Below are positions 39,141 to 51,549 of a stretch of 64,000 bases of DNA, in pieces; the first letter of the stretch is position 1, and each line of letters opens with the position of its first letter. The translations under genes and the position numbers were made by a program. The notes beneath the pieces are model-generated. The model made no database searches and was not told the DNA's origin. It worked only from the letters and a program-made list of their open reading frames with translations. Location: NCBI GenBank assembly GCA_958009085.1, contig OY253668.1, positions 1,364,001 to 1,428,000 on the forward strand, written 5' to 3'. The DNA is from Protoeuglena noctilucae (taxonomy: Eukaryota).

Positions 39141-39356
39141 GGTGATCAGGCTTGCCAGTCTCCCGACCGACGCGGGAGACGAACGTGTTTACTGTTTTTT
39201 GGTCCCATCGCTCGCCTCTGAGCACGCACAGTTGCGTCATGGCCCTTGCCCCTTGCCCAGTCCATGACTGTTCAGTCACCTCGCCAATGAATAAATAAAC
39301 AGCCGGAAATCGTTGAAGTAAACAAAGCGGACGCGGTTGTCCCTTCCTAGCCTAGC

Positions 39357-40506
39357 CTAGCCCTGTTGTGCGTCGCCCTTGTCCCCTCCCTTGCGTTTCC
39401 GCCTCCGCTTGGCTGCCCCTTCAGCATTTGCCTCGCGCCTCTGCTGCTGCTTCGGAGACTTCTTCTTGCAAGCAAGCGGGTTGGGCCCCTTGGCCTTCTT
39501 CCGGACCTTGCCTGCCCCCTGCATGACACACGACAGAAGGGACATGAGCAAGGCATGTGTTTCGTGGCGCCAAGCCAGCCATCAGCGCACGCCACACGAG
39601 AAGGGACGGAGGACGGAGGTGCTGCCGGGGTGCGTCGAGCCAGGGCCCACCTTGTGTTGCCTCACGCCCAGCGCCTCCCGCACCAGCTCGTTGCCCCGCT
39701 CGTGCTCCGCCACATGCCGCGAAGCGTGCTGCACCTGCTCCACCGACTTCTGCGGGCCAGGCCCCACACGCAGCTCACAAGCCCCGGCATGCGCCACCTA
39801 CGGCCCGGTAGGTCTCCGCCACCGCCTGCGAATCGCTCGCCTTGTCCACCTCAGACGGCGCCTCGATCGTGAGGCCGTGCGCTGTCAGGAAAAGCGACGG
39901 CGTCCCCGGAATCTCAGACAGCGCACGCCTCAGGTCCCTGTCCTGGGTAGCAATCCAGTAGTGCTCCCGGTTGTCGCTCCCAACGAGGCTCCGGAGGCAG
40001 CCGCTCGCCGGCTGCGGGGCGTCCTCGTGTCCACACTTGGCGAGAGCCAGCGCCCGTGCGGCCGCGAGGCTCCCGGACACTTCCGGGCCCATGGTCGCCA
40101 TCTCGGCCTGCACGAGCGGCGGCACGTCACGCTTCGCCGTGATTTCAGCTGGGGCGGCGAGGGCGGCGAGGGCAGCGAGGGCAGAGGGCATCGCACGCGA
40201 TGTTTCTACGCACCATCACGCAGCGCGTGGTGAAGAGGCGCGCGCGGGCGCCCAGGACGCGCTCGACCTGCTCCTGCAGCGTGCCTTGGCCAACCTGGAC
40301 CACATTGTGGATGAAGTTGCCGTCCAGGAAGACTTTATAGGGTTCACGGAAACCGTAGTTTACCTGCGCGACAACAGAGCGCCACGTCTCGCGCGCTTGG
40401 CGGTGACGACGGGGTGCCGCCCTCGCCCCCTCGCGGCCCCGCTGTACAAAGTCACCTTATAGAACCGCACGATACGGCTGAGACTTTTGTGCTTCCGACG
40501 TCGCAT
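39357..40506 (-). CDS. UTP23: rRNA-processing protein UTP23 (PIN domain)
   Basis: MRRRKHK...RFYK|VNYGFREPYKVFLDGNF, KCGHE, CLRSLVGSDNREHYWIATQDRDLRRALSEIPGTP, KKAKGPNPLACKKK. Confidence 0.93.
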
Positions 40507-40848
40507 TCGGGCCTACCAGGGGTTCCGCTTGCGGCCAAGAGAGTGACAGGTGGCTGGCGGAACGACGTGTGCAGCTGGGGGCGGTCCGGCGGCGAAGGAA
40601 AGGGGCGAGCGCGGTGCAGCGGGACTTGTAGATGTTGTGCACGGTGCGGGCCGCACATCTAGCGGAAGTATGACGGCTGCCGACGCGGCGTTTCTGGCAT
40701 GCTCCAAGAAAGGGCACACTTGATCCGCTCGCTCGCGTCATTGCAGTGACATAACAATCGCATGTCGATGGCGATCGCGTTCCGCTGCTCATTCTGTGGC
40801 AGGTTCGAAGTCGACTCAACAACGACCCCCACGCGGACTTGCGCGTGA

Positions 40849-42595
40849 ATGGTGCACGCGCAGGGGGACCGGGGTGCCCAGGACGTGACGGCAGTTCCTC
40901 TGGCCACCCTCGTCTTCGGCCCCGTGCTCTCGCTGATCCGCAGAAGGTGCGCTTCTCCGCCGTCCTGCACCCAGCTTTTCTGCGCTTCGCCCGCGTTTTC
41001 GTGGACCGCTTTCATTCTGCTCGCCTGCGTTTTCCGATCGCCAGGCGGATGCGACGGTGCTGGCACCCTCCTGCGTGCGCACGGCGCTCCGCGGAGTGCC
41101 CCGCCTTGCAAAATCAACCGTGCGCCACCCCACGCGTCCCGCCGCGCTCCGCGCCTCAATCCCCAGCGCGTCCCCTCCTTCCTTGTCTGCAGGGACACCC
41201 CACAACGGAAAGACGAAAGAGCAGACGCGCTGGCCTGCCAGGACCCGACGGACGACTCCGAGGAGTCGGATTCTTTCGATCCTTATTACTTCATCAAGAC
41301 CCTTCCGTCCGTCGACAGGTGTGCACTTGCACTTTCCACCGCGCTGCGTGCCGGCCGACGCGGCGCTCCGACGTCCCTCTCGCCCCCCGCCGCAGCTGCG
41401 TCCCCGCGCACCGGAGCAGGAGCACGGTCCTCCCCCGGCGGACGCGCCAGAGCAAGACGCACACGCTCGTCCTCGACCTCGACGAGACGCTCGTCCACGC
41501 GCAGCTGAGCGAGTGGATTGACATCCCGCACCCGCCGAGCTTCAGCGTCAAAGTGGACACGGGTGGGGTGACTCAGGAGTTCGCCATCTGGGAGCGCCCG
41601 GGCCTCCGCGAGTTCGTCGAGCGCGTGGCTGAGCTCTTCGAGGTCGTAGTCTTCACCGCGTCGCAGGCGAGGCCTTGTGCTTTTGGGTGGAACCTGCGTT
41701 GCACTCCAACCCCGACCATCCACGCCGCACTGCGCCGCCGCCTGTGCGACCAAGCCCTTGCCGCGTGCTCCTCGCGGTGACCGCTGCCGCCTCGCCATCG
41801 CATCGCGTCACTCTCCCTCGGCCACGCGCAGAAGTCGTACGCGGACCGCGTGCTGAATGCCCTCGACCCAAACCGGCGCCTTTTCCGCTTCCGCCTCTTC
41901 CGCGACCACTGCGTCTTCTACGACGGCGCCTTCCTCAAGGACCTGTCTGTGCTGGGCAGGGACCTGTCTAAGGTGGGCAACATCAGATTTATGTGACGCA
42001 AGACACCAGGCCGTCCATTCCTGCAGAGCCCAGCAGTGTCACGGAGCGTGCCATTCAGAGGACCTGGCCAATAGCAACCTGTACCTGTTTTCAGAGACCT
42101 GACTCTGCCCTTCACGCCCCCGCAGGTGGTGATCGTGGACAACTCGCCCCACGCCTTTGGTTTCCAGTTGGACAATGGCGTGCCCATCGAGTCATGGATG
42201 GGCGACCAGAGCGACGAGGAGCTGAAGCGCCTGCTGCCCTTCTTGGTCAAGGTGGGTGGCGGCCAGGGAGCGAGGGAGACGGCACCGTCCACCGACAGCA
42301 CGGGGCATTCTGGCCTGTAACACGATGCGCTCTTGCCTGCGATACTGCCAGTGGCATGGGGCAGGCCAGAGATCGGGGTCGCCTCTGAGTCCGATGACGA
42401 GCTCGCCCCCGCTTCTCGCAGCTGAGCCAGGCCCAGGACGTCCGCCCGCTTGTGCGAGAGTCCTTCCGCCTCCACGAGCGCGTCGCGGCGGCACGGGACC
42501 CTGCGTCGCTGAGGAGGGGCGGGAGCCGGCAGGTGAGACTGAATCCCATGCACGCGGTGTCACTGTCTGCTGCACGTCGCTCCTCGCCGGGTTGA
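40849..42595 (+). CDS. CTD small phosphatase-like protein (SCP/CTDSPL2, HAD family); ends uncertain
   Basis: [84 protein letters not shown]. Confidence 0.92.
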
Positions 42596-42788
42596 CATGT
42601 CCTAATCGATGCCACTGTCTTATCGACGTTGCCCTCTCGTGGTCCTGCAGGGCGTGGCGAGAATCTCCTCCTCCTGGCTGCCCTGGGCCAAGCCGGCCGC
42701 CGCACCGCCCGCCGTCGCGGCGCAAGCGGGTGGCGCTGCGTGAACGGGCGCGGCCTCGTGCCCCGCCCAGTAATTGGGGTCGAGACGC

Positions 42789-44298
42789 ATGGCGGGGGCC
42801 GGCGCTGGCACCCCTCCCCGGCGCTGGTCCGCAAGGCGTCTCGCAGCCGCCCTCGCTTCGGGCGGCTTGCCGGAGGTTGCCGAATGCGGCGGAGAGGCCC
42901 GCCACCCCGACCAGGCGGGCGGCGGAGAGGCGGGCGGGGAGGGGCGCAAGCGCCGGCGGGGCTTGGGGTCCCCAGGCATTGGAGAGACCCGGGCGGATGT
43001 GACGACGTCCCTCGCTCGCCGACTGCTGCCGTACGCCTTCGACGGGGAGCCGGTGTCATCTGTGCTGCAGCGGTTTGCGGCTTTGGAGGACGTGTTGGGT
43101 GCGGGTGCAGGCGCCACGGGGGAGCTGAGCGACGCGCAGGTCGATGAGGTGTTCCGGAGGACCGCGCCTCTCTTGGCGGCGGGTCTGGGCAGGGACGGGC
43201 ACGGGCGGGGCGGAGAGGAGGGAGGCGGGGGCGACGGCTATGAGGATGGCCACGAGGGATGTTCCAAGAATGCGGAGGGCGTGAGCAAGGAGGGCACGAC
43301 GGACAGAGCGCAGGCGGGAATTAAGCCCGATACGCTTCGGGAGGTGGCGGTGCGGAGGAGCGGCCGGGAGGGCGACGACGAGGTCGCCGTGACGGTGGCG
43401 GTGTCAGTGGGGGTGGCGCCAAGCGAGGGGTCCGCTCCGACGTCAACGTCCTTTCCACACGCGACGGCGCTCGCGGACCTGGCCCGGACCTTCGGTGCCT
43501 CTCGGCCCCCTTTCTTCGCGGTCCTGCTCAGCCCGGCATGGCTGGCGTCCGCACCCGGGATGTGCCCATCCCCATCGTGCCTCGCGGTGCTTGACAGGGT
43601 CCCTCTCGAGGCGATATGCGCTTCCGGGGCTTACCTCTACGCATGGAGCGTGCCGCACCTGTCGCCGCTCATCGCCTCGCGCCTCGAGGCACGGGGCTTT
43701 GCATACGCCGACACCCTCACCTGGGTGCCGCTGGGGGAGGGCGGCCGGGTGAGGGCCGTCTGCCCCGACAGCGTGGCACCGCCGGTCCCGGGGCGGGGCG
43801 CCGTGCTGCGCCGGTCGCATCTTTCCCTCCTGGTCTTCCGTCGTGTCATAGCGGAGACGGCCGCGGAGCGCACGGGCGGCCATGCGGGGCCGGCCGCCTG
43901 CCCGCTCCACTCGTCTGGGGTCGAGGAGGTGCGCGGGAGTGGCGAGGTATCGGGGAGCACTCGCGATGCTTCAGGCGGAGAGAGCCCCGAGGCGTGCCGG
44001 TGCTCGCGGCCCGTCCTGCGCCACCAGCGGAGTGCGGACGTGGTGTTCGAGTGGCCGGTGGCAGACGGTGAGGCAGGCGTGCGCTGTTGACGGCAGGGCC
44101 CACTGGCGATGCTGCGACGCGACCGTGCTCTCTCTCGCGTGACGCGCAGCGCGGGGGCTGTGGCGGACTTCGGAGGGTGCGTTTCGCACCATCGAGGCGA
44201 TGCTGTGGAACTGGAAGGGCCGCGCTCTGGAGCTCTGGGCGCCGCCTGGGCCGACGCGGGCAGGGTGGGTGGGCGTCGAGGACGTCGCGCACTCTTGA
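42789..44298 (+). CDS. MT-A70 family protein lacking DPPW (AMT6/AMT7/MTA9-like); start uncertain
   Basis: FFAVLLSPAW, GAYLYAW, GFAYADTLTWV, LRRSHLSLLVFRR, LRHQRSADVV; intron 44068-44149 adds AFRTIEAML...ALELWA...RAGW, the MT-A70 C-terminal motif. Confidence 0.75.
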
Positions 44299-44311
44299 AG
44301 TGGCCGAGTTC

Positions 44312-44336
44312 TATCTCTCTCTCTCTCTCACTCTCG
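44312..44336. repeat. (CT)n microsatellite in the 3' region of the MT-A70 gene
   Basis: ctatctctctctctctctcactctc. Confidence 0.6.
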
Positions 44337-44850
44337 ATAGGATTGCGTCACACTAGGCGGCCTCGACCCGCAGCCATAGGGCTGTGACGCGCTACCCTCT
44401 GCGGCGATGCGATGCCTTGCAGGCGCCGTACACTTGCTGTGACTTCAGCCGCGAGCACGCCTGTGGCATAGCCGCTGCTCGCGCAGGGGCCCTCTCCTGC
44501 TCACTCAGACAGCCTGGCGTTGGGGTCGGCATGAGTTGGGTCGCTGCAGACTGGGGTTGCACGGACCCTGCTTTCGGTCATGAGGATTTCAAATGCCGCA
44601 CATGAGGAGGACTCGACGTGTTAGGATAGAATCAGGCAGGCAAGGAGCGGTCGTGGGAAAATCCTTCCCGAGGCACCTAACGGAAAAAGAAGTCCGGAGT
44701 CGTGGACGACTGCAATGCTGGAGGACCGCCATGCAAAGAGTACGGAGCGTGGATGCAAGTGCTGGGTGCGGCCTGTGCCGCTGGCCAGAGGTGCGGCGTG
44801 CGCGGAGCCCCAGGTGGCGTGTGGGGCCGTCCCGTCGCGCCAGGGCCGCG

Positions 44851-45701
44851 TCAGTCAGGCTCAGTGAGTCGCCGGGAAGCCGCACGTCCCGCCGCGCGCC
44901 CTCTCATGCACTTTTCGAGGTGGGTGGAAAAGCGGCCCGCGGCAACGCGACGGGAGCAGACGGGGCAGGTGACCTGGTCGTGCGGCACAGTCGGGACGAT
45001 CTGCCCGTAAATGTCCACGCGCTGGCCCTTGAACCAGCCGCCTGCGGGAGTGGGCGAGGTAGGGTGCTCGCTTGCACCTCGTCCACGCCTGGGCGGGCCC
45101 TGCAGCTGCAGGCAAGGAGGCTGCCGAAGTGAAACATGTCCTGGTGGCGTGCACGCGCAGTTGCCTGGAAACGGGCGCATCGAGGGAGGCGCAGGGACGG
45201 CGGCGGAGGGCCCGGGGTCGGGCCCAGTGTTCACCAAGGGTGCCCCCGCAGTGCTGGCCGGGCGCTGCGCCGTCACAGAGCGATCGAAAGCCGCCTGCGA
45301 TGAATCAAATGCGAGAGTATCAGCGTCTTGGGAGGCGCCGAGCTGAACATGCCTCCGCGGCTCGCCGAGACAGCCCCCCCTCATGCACTTCCCCGCACCT
45401 CCTCCTCCGCGCGCCTTTTCCCCCCTGTACGCGCCTCTCGACCCAGCATCGCGTCACGATGCACCTCCATCACCGCTTCGAAGATGCAGCCAGCCAGGAG
45501 GTCATCGAAGAGCGCGCGGGCGGCCTGCTCGGAAGTCTGCGTGTTGACGGGGGTCCAGAGGCACTCGGATGTCCCCTGTCATCGTCAGGCCACTCTGCTA
45601 ACGCAGAGAGGACGCCAACGGGACGCCCGCACACGTGCCTGCGAGTCATTTTCCTCCCGCTTTGCCTGGGCCTCCTCCGCCGTGTTCCGCTCCCGCTCCA
45701 T
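44851..45701 (-). CDS. SGF11: SAGA-associated factor 11 (DUB module zinc finger)
   Basis: ALFDDLLAGCIFEAVMEVHR; DIYGQ...VTCPVCSRRVAAGRFSTHLEKCM. Confidence 0.9.
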
Positions 45702-46194
45702 CTCCTCACAGCTGCGTGCTCATCGCCGCCCTGCTAGCCCCACTGCCATGATGGCCTTGTGCAACGAGAAATGGTTGCAGGGGACTCAGGCAGGTCTTTA
45801 GAAGTGCCTCAACCGTGCCCAGGACGCAAAGTTGGGGCCCTCCTACTGCAGCCGACGTCTTCAGGATGCGCCTTCTGTTCATCCCGGCGGTAACGGAGAG
45901 CCTTGTCAAGCCAATTAAGATACCACTGGCAGCGGCGTGCAAGTGGGCTTGGTCTCTCCTGGACAAGCGAAGCGCGCCGGCCATCTCGTGATTAAACTCG
46001 TGAGCACATGCGCTGAATCAGCGTCGCTGCTTCCGACCGACGCCCTCAACTTCGTTGCTGGGAATAAGAGTCTCCACCGTGCTGCTGCGTCTGGACGTCC
46101 GCATCATAGACCAGAGCAGCCCGCCCGCCCGCCACCTCGTCGAGGCTCTCAGTGGTTGGGCACTCCCCGCGGCATCGGGAGACGCCGCTGGGTG

Positions 46195-47271
46195 ATGTCG
46201 GTGAGTGCCAACTTCGTTGCCTTTCCTTGCACGCCTCGGTCGACAGCTGGGGCAGTCGTTGCGACCTGGCCGTTGCTGGCATCGCAATCGTACCGCTGGT
46301 CACCGCGGCGGGCAGCCTCTGCATCCGAAACGCCCCAGATCTGGTCCAGTCCCCCAGTCACGGTTTCCACGGGGCCGTGCCGCCCGCGGTGGCTGCGGGC
46401 CCGAACCGGCCACGTGTCAAGTTCACTCCTGTCATGTGCGCAGATCCACACCTACAATGGGGCGGCGGTTGTCGCCATGACGGGGAAGGAGTGCGTCGCC
46501 ATTGGGTCCGACTTGCGCCTCGGCGTGCAGTTCCAGACGCTGGCGACGGATTTCCAGAAGATTTACAAGATCCACGACAAGCTCTTCCTGGGCCTTGCGG
46601 GGCTCGGGACGGACGCGCTGACGCTGGCGAACCTCTTCAAGTTCCGGTGCGGGGTCGCGAGCGCCACCGCCCCCGGTCACGCCGGGGGCCGCCCCCGGCG
46701 CGGCCTTTGCCCATGCGTCCCGCAATTCTGCGACGCCTCTTACGCTCCTCGCGCTTTCAGGCACAACCTGTACAAGCTGCGCGAGGAGCGCAACATGAGC
46801 CCCCAGGCCTTTGCGTCCATGGTCTCCAACGCCCTCTACCAGAAGCGCTTCGGGCCCTACTTCTGTGAGCCAGGTGACGTGGCCGCTTAAAGCGCCTCAT
46901 ATGGTCCTCCAGACAGCAGCGCACCCGCACTTACCCGCTATGTTTGTGCCGGATCGCCCCCTCGCCTCCCGCGCGCAGTGATCGCGGGTTTGGATGCGGA
47001 GAACAAGCCGTTTTTGACGGGCATGGACTCCTTGGGGGCCATGGAGACCTCGCCGGACTTCATGTGCGCGGGGACGGCCCCCGACTCCCTCTGGGGCATG
47101 TGTGAGTCCATGTACAAGCCAGACATGGGCCCGGAGGAGCTGTTCGAGACCATCTCGCAGTGCCTGCTCAGCGGCGTCGACCGGGACGCCATCTCGGGCT
47201 GGGGAGCCGTGGTTTACGTCGTGACCAAGGACCGGGTCATCGCACGCACCCTCCGCGGGCGCATGGACTGA
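46195..47271 (+). CDS. PBC1: 20S proteasome subunit beta type-3
   Basis: MS|IHTYNGAAVVAMTGKECVAIGSDLRLGVQ, LYQKRFGPYFCEP, PEELFETISQCLLSGVDRDAISGWG, RTLRGRMD*. Confidence 0.97.
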
Positions 47272-47387
47272 GGCCGCGGCGTTTCAGTGGCCGAGCCTGG
47301 TTGAACTCCCTCCTCTCGTCGCCCTCCTTCAACTCGCCAGCTGGACGGGCTGGCATGGCCCATACAGCGTGGCTCACAGAGTGCGGC

Positions 47388-48327
47388 TCATGGGGCACCC
47401 TTGGAGAGCACCGCCCCCTGCAGCTGCTGTATCTGCTCGGCGTGCAGCATAATCATGTTGAAGACGTTGAGCATGTCGTTGTCCTGTGCCTTGAGGTGGT
47501 CCTGCAGGCCCGCAGACGGAAGCGGTAGCCAGTCAAGCACGTGCCGCAACTCCCAGTCACCTCGCAGCAACGGTGGTGCCACCACCCACGAACACCTAGT
47601 AGTCGGAGTCGCTGCTTCTCGGCGCCGCTCACCTGTAGTGCACGCCACTTGTCTGCGTCTGACATGTCTGGGCTCGCCATCCACGCAAGACTGTCTGGCT
47701 CTGAGCCTTGGCCATCAGCTGCGGCGTCCCTCGACGAACCGGGCGGGTCCCCGGAACCAACCACGTAAGTGTCCACGGCGCTCAAGTCGAATCGATAAAC
47801 ACCTGGCCCCTGCCCTCCCACCGAGTCGATACTCGCGTGACCAAGCAGCGCACCACAAGCGCCCGACGCTGGCCGGCCCGAGCAAATCACTGCGGACGGC
47901 GAAGGCGCATCGTCGCGTTTCCGCGTTCGGGCGATCACGGCGTTCCCACTCGTTACACGCGCCGTAGAACGAAGCTGACGTGGGCACGCGCTCACCTGGC
48001 CGGACGAGGCGGCCCGAAGGCCCGGCGGGATCGGCGCGCGACTCCTCGCCACACTTGACGTTGCGGGCGAGCCTGGTGCCGACGAAACCCGGGGGCGTCG
48101 CCTCCACCTGAGCACGGGGTACACCGGCTGTCCCCACGCAGTCAAAATCGCGGGAACCAGGGCACTTACCGACCCCCGCGACACAACACAGACCTGCAAC
48201 CGACCATGCTCACCGACGAGGTGCTCGTGTCGGCCACGACAGCGCCGCACACCGCGCAAGAGAGCACAGCGACAGGCGCAGCCGTCCCCTCCCCGTCCTC
48301 TGAAAGCATCTGCGCTTCTGCAAGCAT
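47388..48327 (-). CDS. Yippee/Mis18-like zinc-binding protein with C-terminal coiled coil
   Basis: VLSCAVCGAVVADT; ICSG...ACGALLG; VYRFDLSAVDTYVVGS; C-terminal helix MLNVFNMIMLHAEQIQQLQ. Confidence 0.6.
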
Positions 48328-48975
48328 CGTCCAGGCTTCATCCCCCCGTTCAGATGGGTGCACATGAGATTGGCATCTAATCTAGCGAACAACCAGTGGC
48401 TCCTGGTCGCTTTTCCTCCGTTGCGCCTGCAAGTGCCCCTCACCACCCTTGCGTTTCATCCCCGACAGCTGACGAGGGCGACCAGAGTCAGGACCCTGCC
48501 CTCCATCGTGCTCATCGTCTTGTTGCTGCGTGCCACGCACTCTGCGCTTGCCGGTCGCCATAATAACTGTGCCTCACTGCCGCCATCAATCTCCCCCGGC
48601 CCTCTACGCAAACTCAACGCCGTCAGCTTTGTGGGTAGCGGTCATCGATCTTGATCCCACGAGCATTCGCCAGTCACCTTTTACCCTGACCAGAAACAAG
48701 CACGAATGCGGACCAATTGGCAGGCATCCCGCGCGGGTCATCGCCACGCGTCGTCCTCTCAAGCCGCAGGGGTAGCAGAGACGGCAGAGGTGGCGGACTC
48801 GCGTCCATCGATCCGGACGCGTGACGCTCGGAATCGCCGCTCGATGGGCCCATCATAGCGAGGCGGAAGCTCGATGAGTGCGGCGAAGGATGCACGGGGC
48901 GACGCGCCTAGCCACCACGGCCCCCATGACGCGGGTTTCTCCGGGCGGCTTGCGGTCGGCGTCGGCGGGAGCAGG

Positions 48976-50627
48976 ATGGAGCAGATCGTGGCTGACCCCG
49001 ACCACCGTCAGCGACAGGTGCGCTTGTATCTGCTTCTTTGCTCGATGCCATCGGTCGACCCTCGCCCCGCGAGCAGGTTGCGCGGGGGCCTGGAGAACCT
49101 GCTTGCACCCGTGCGCCCCGCAGATGCTGCGGCTGCACAAGAAAGGCGCGCTGGTGCGTTCTCTGGAGTCTCTGAAGTTCTTCGCGCTGCACATGGCCGT
49201 CACAGCGGGATCCGCGGGCCTGGCGAAGACGGCCACCGCGCCCTTGCTCCGGGCTCAGGTCGTGCTGCAGGTCCAAGCCGCCTCCGTGCAGGGCAGCCCG
49301 TACCGAGGTGCCGTGGACTACCTCCTACGCGCGAGTGGCAGGGAGGGCCTCTGGTCGCACTGGCGAGTCGGGGGCTGCTGGGGAGATGCATGCCATCGCT
49401 CCTCTCCCCGGGGCAGATGACAACTCCCATCGTTTATGCTATTTGTGGCCTCTGACGGCAGTCCCGCTCTTCACCCCACACTGCCACTCCACTCCTGCCA
49501 TGAACACGTTCTGCTTCATCAAATCAACGGATGTCGCCCACGCCCCCGCAGGCGCGGCAACGGGGCTGCGGTGCTCCGCCTGTTCCCCGAGGCAGCCATC
49601 CGTTTCTACGTGAATGACCAGTACCAGGTCCTCTTCTCCCCGAGAGACAAGGACAAGACGGAGGTGGAGACGACGGTGTTGCGCGTGGCGCTGGGGGCGT
49701 TCACGGCGCTGGTGACCACCACCCTGGTGAGGGCTGCAGCCGCGGAGCTGCGCAAGCAGACGCTCGACACGGAAGGGACAGGGCGTCATTGGCCCACTGT
49801 CATGCTGGCGGGGAGCGACTGAGCAATGCGGGCGCTGCTGCCCCTGCAGACGTACCCGCTGGACCTTGCTGCGGCGCGCCTGGCTGCGGACCAGAGCGCG
49901 AAGGGGGCAGCGCGGCTGTACCGCGGGATCACGGATTGCCTGCACATCACGTACCGGAGGGAGGGCATCCTGGGCCCCTGGAGAGGCCTGCTGCCCTCTC
50001 TCCTGGTCGTCGCCCCGTTCTACGGTACTCAGATCGGCACGTACTACACGCTGAGGTGTGAGAGAGTTGTCGCGGACCGATGCCTGCTTCCCAGGCTGGC
50101 CTGGTTTAGTCACGTGGCCGCGAGACGGCAGCGCACTGGATGGGTGACCGGTTGGCCGTGAGACCCCACCTGTTTGTTGCCGCAGCCTGGCCGTGCCGAG
50201 CGCCAATGAGGACAAGCACAAGTGGTGGTATCCTTGGGCCAAGATGGGTGCGGGGTTGGCGGCCGGGATGGCGGCTGCGGGGGTGAGCTACCCGCTTGAC
50301 ACTTTGCGGAGGCGGATGCAAGTTCAGGGGGCTCTAGGCTACTTACAGCCCGCGCGGCGGCAGGGCATGATGGCCACTCTGCGCGAGATCCTGGCCAACG
50401 AGGGGCTCCGGGGGTGAGGGGCCGCGCGATCTGCCAGAGCCGCGCAGAGCGGGTGGACTGCTTGCGGCAAGCGACGCGGCCGCCCGAGTGCTGCCTGCAG
50501 GCTCTACCGCGGCTGGACCGTGGGTGTCTGGCGAATGGCCCCGGCCGGCATGGTGCACTTCTTTGCCTACGACCTCATTCGATCCGGGGCCATCATGGTC
50601 GCGCCCAGCACCGCGCCCGCGATCTAG
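48976..50627 (+). CDS. Mitochondrial carrier family (SLC25) protein
   Basis: Three carrier repeats: TAPLLRAQ...EGLWSHW|RGN, YPLDLAAARL...YRGITDCL...EG, YPLDTLRRRMQ...EGLRGLYRG. Confidence 0.92.
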
Positions 50628-50711
50628 CTGGCGGCTGGCTCTGTCGTTGTGCCTGGTCAGTGCGTCTGCGCGTCTGTGGGGACCGTTCATGCTGTACGCG
50701 GGCTCAGACCC

Positions 50712-51287
50712 TTAGCCCTCCCCGCGCGCCTGCTCCCTCCTTTCCCGAATGCCCTTGAAGATGTCCCCGGCGTGAAGCCTCGAATCCCTCGACATGTCCT
50801 TGGCCATTTTCCTGCAGCAAGACGGAAGGCGGGGGCGGCCAGTGGCAAAAGCGCATCCCCCCTCCTCATTCCGACCCTAACAGCCTGGCTGGAGACTCAC
50901 CGCTTCTCCTCTGCGTCGATATTAAGCTCCCGCAGCTCGTGCACGCGCGACTCAGCCTCCCTGCGCGCATGCGGGGCATTGCGTGGGCACGGACTGAAGG
51001 GGAGGGCTTGCTGTGGGCCAGTCACGCCGTGCTCGCCTGACTGAGCGGAAAAAGAATGGCATGGCCGAAATCCCGAGGCCTGCCATGACGATGAGGAAGA
51101 CTTTCCATTGGTTTGGCTGCAGGGACGACGGGCGGGGTGGCGTCGCGGTGCCCGTGCCGCTCCCACCGCGCGGAGGCGCGATGCTCACCTTGGGCGGCAC
51201 CACCGTTCCCCCAACTCTCATATACCCCCCCGTGTCATGGCCGCGGAACACTGGAGGCGGCTCCCGCGGCAAGTTTTTCCCCACCAT
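50712..51287 (-). CDS. Small single-pass membrane hypothetical protein (4 exons)
   Basis: MVGKNLPREPPPVFRG...VPPK|PNQWKVFLIVMAGLGISAMPFFFRSV|REAESRVHELRELNIDAEEKR|KMAKDM...GEG*; junctions in phase. Confidence 0.6.
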
Positions 51288-51549
51288 GCGCCCCGCGGAT
51301 CCAAGCAACCAATCAGCCGTCTCACAGTTCAGTTACTGGGGCTCAACTTGCCACCTAGGTTCCGACGCAGTGCGAAAATCTCGGTCTGGTCGCGTCACCC
51401 CGCGATGTTTTGACGCAGACGTCCTGACACGGTGATTTTTGCCCGGATGCGCGAGCTTATTGGACTAATACTTGGCGCGAATGCACGCATGATATTGGTT
51501 GCAGAAGTGAGTACGCTGTCCTGTTGATTTACCAATCCCTGGGTGCAGG

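Noticed and set aside
39346..39362. (CCTAG)3 repeat at the UTP23 stop
   Set aside because: Too short and not a recognised telomeric unit; likely slippage
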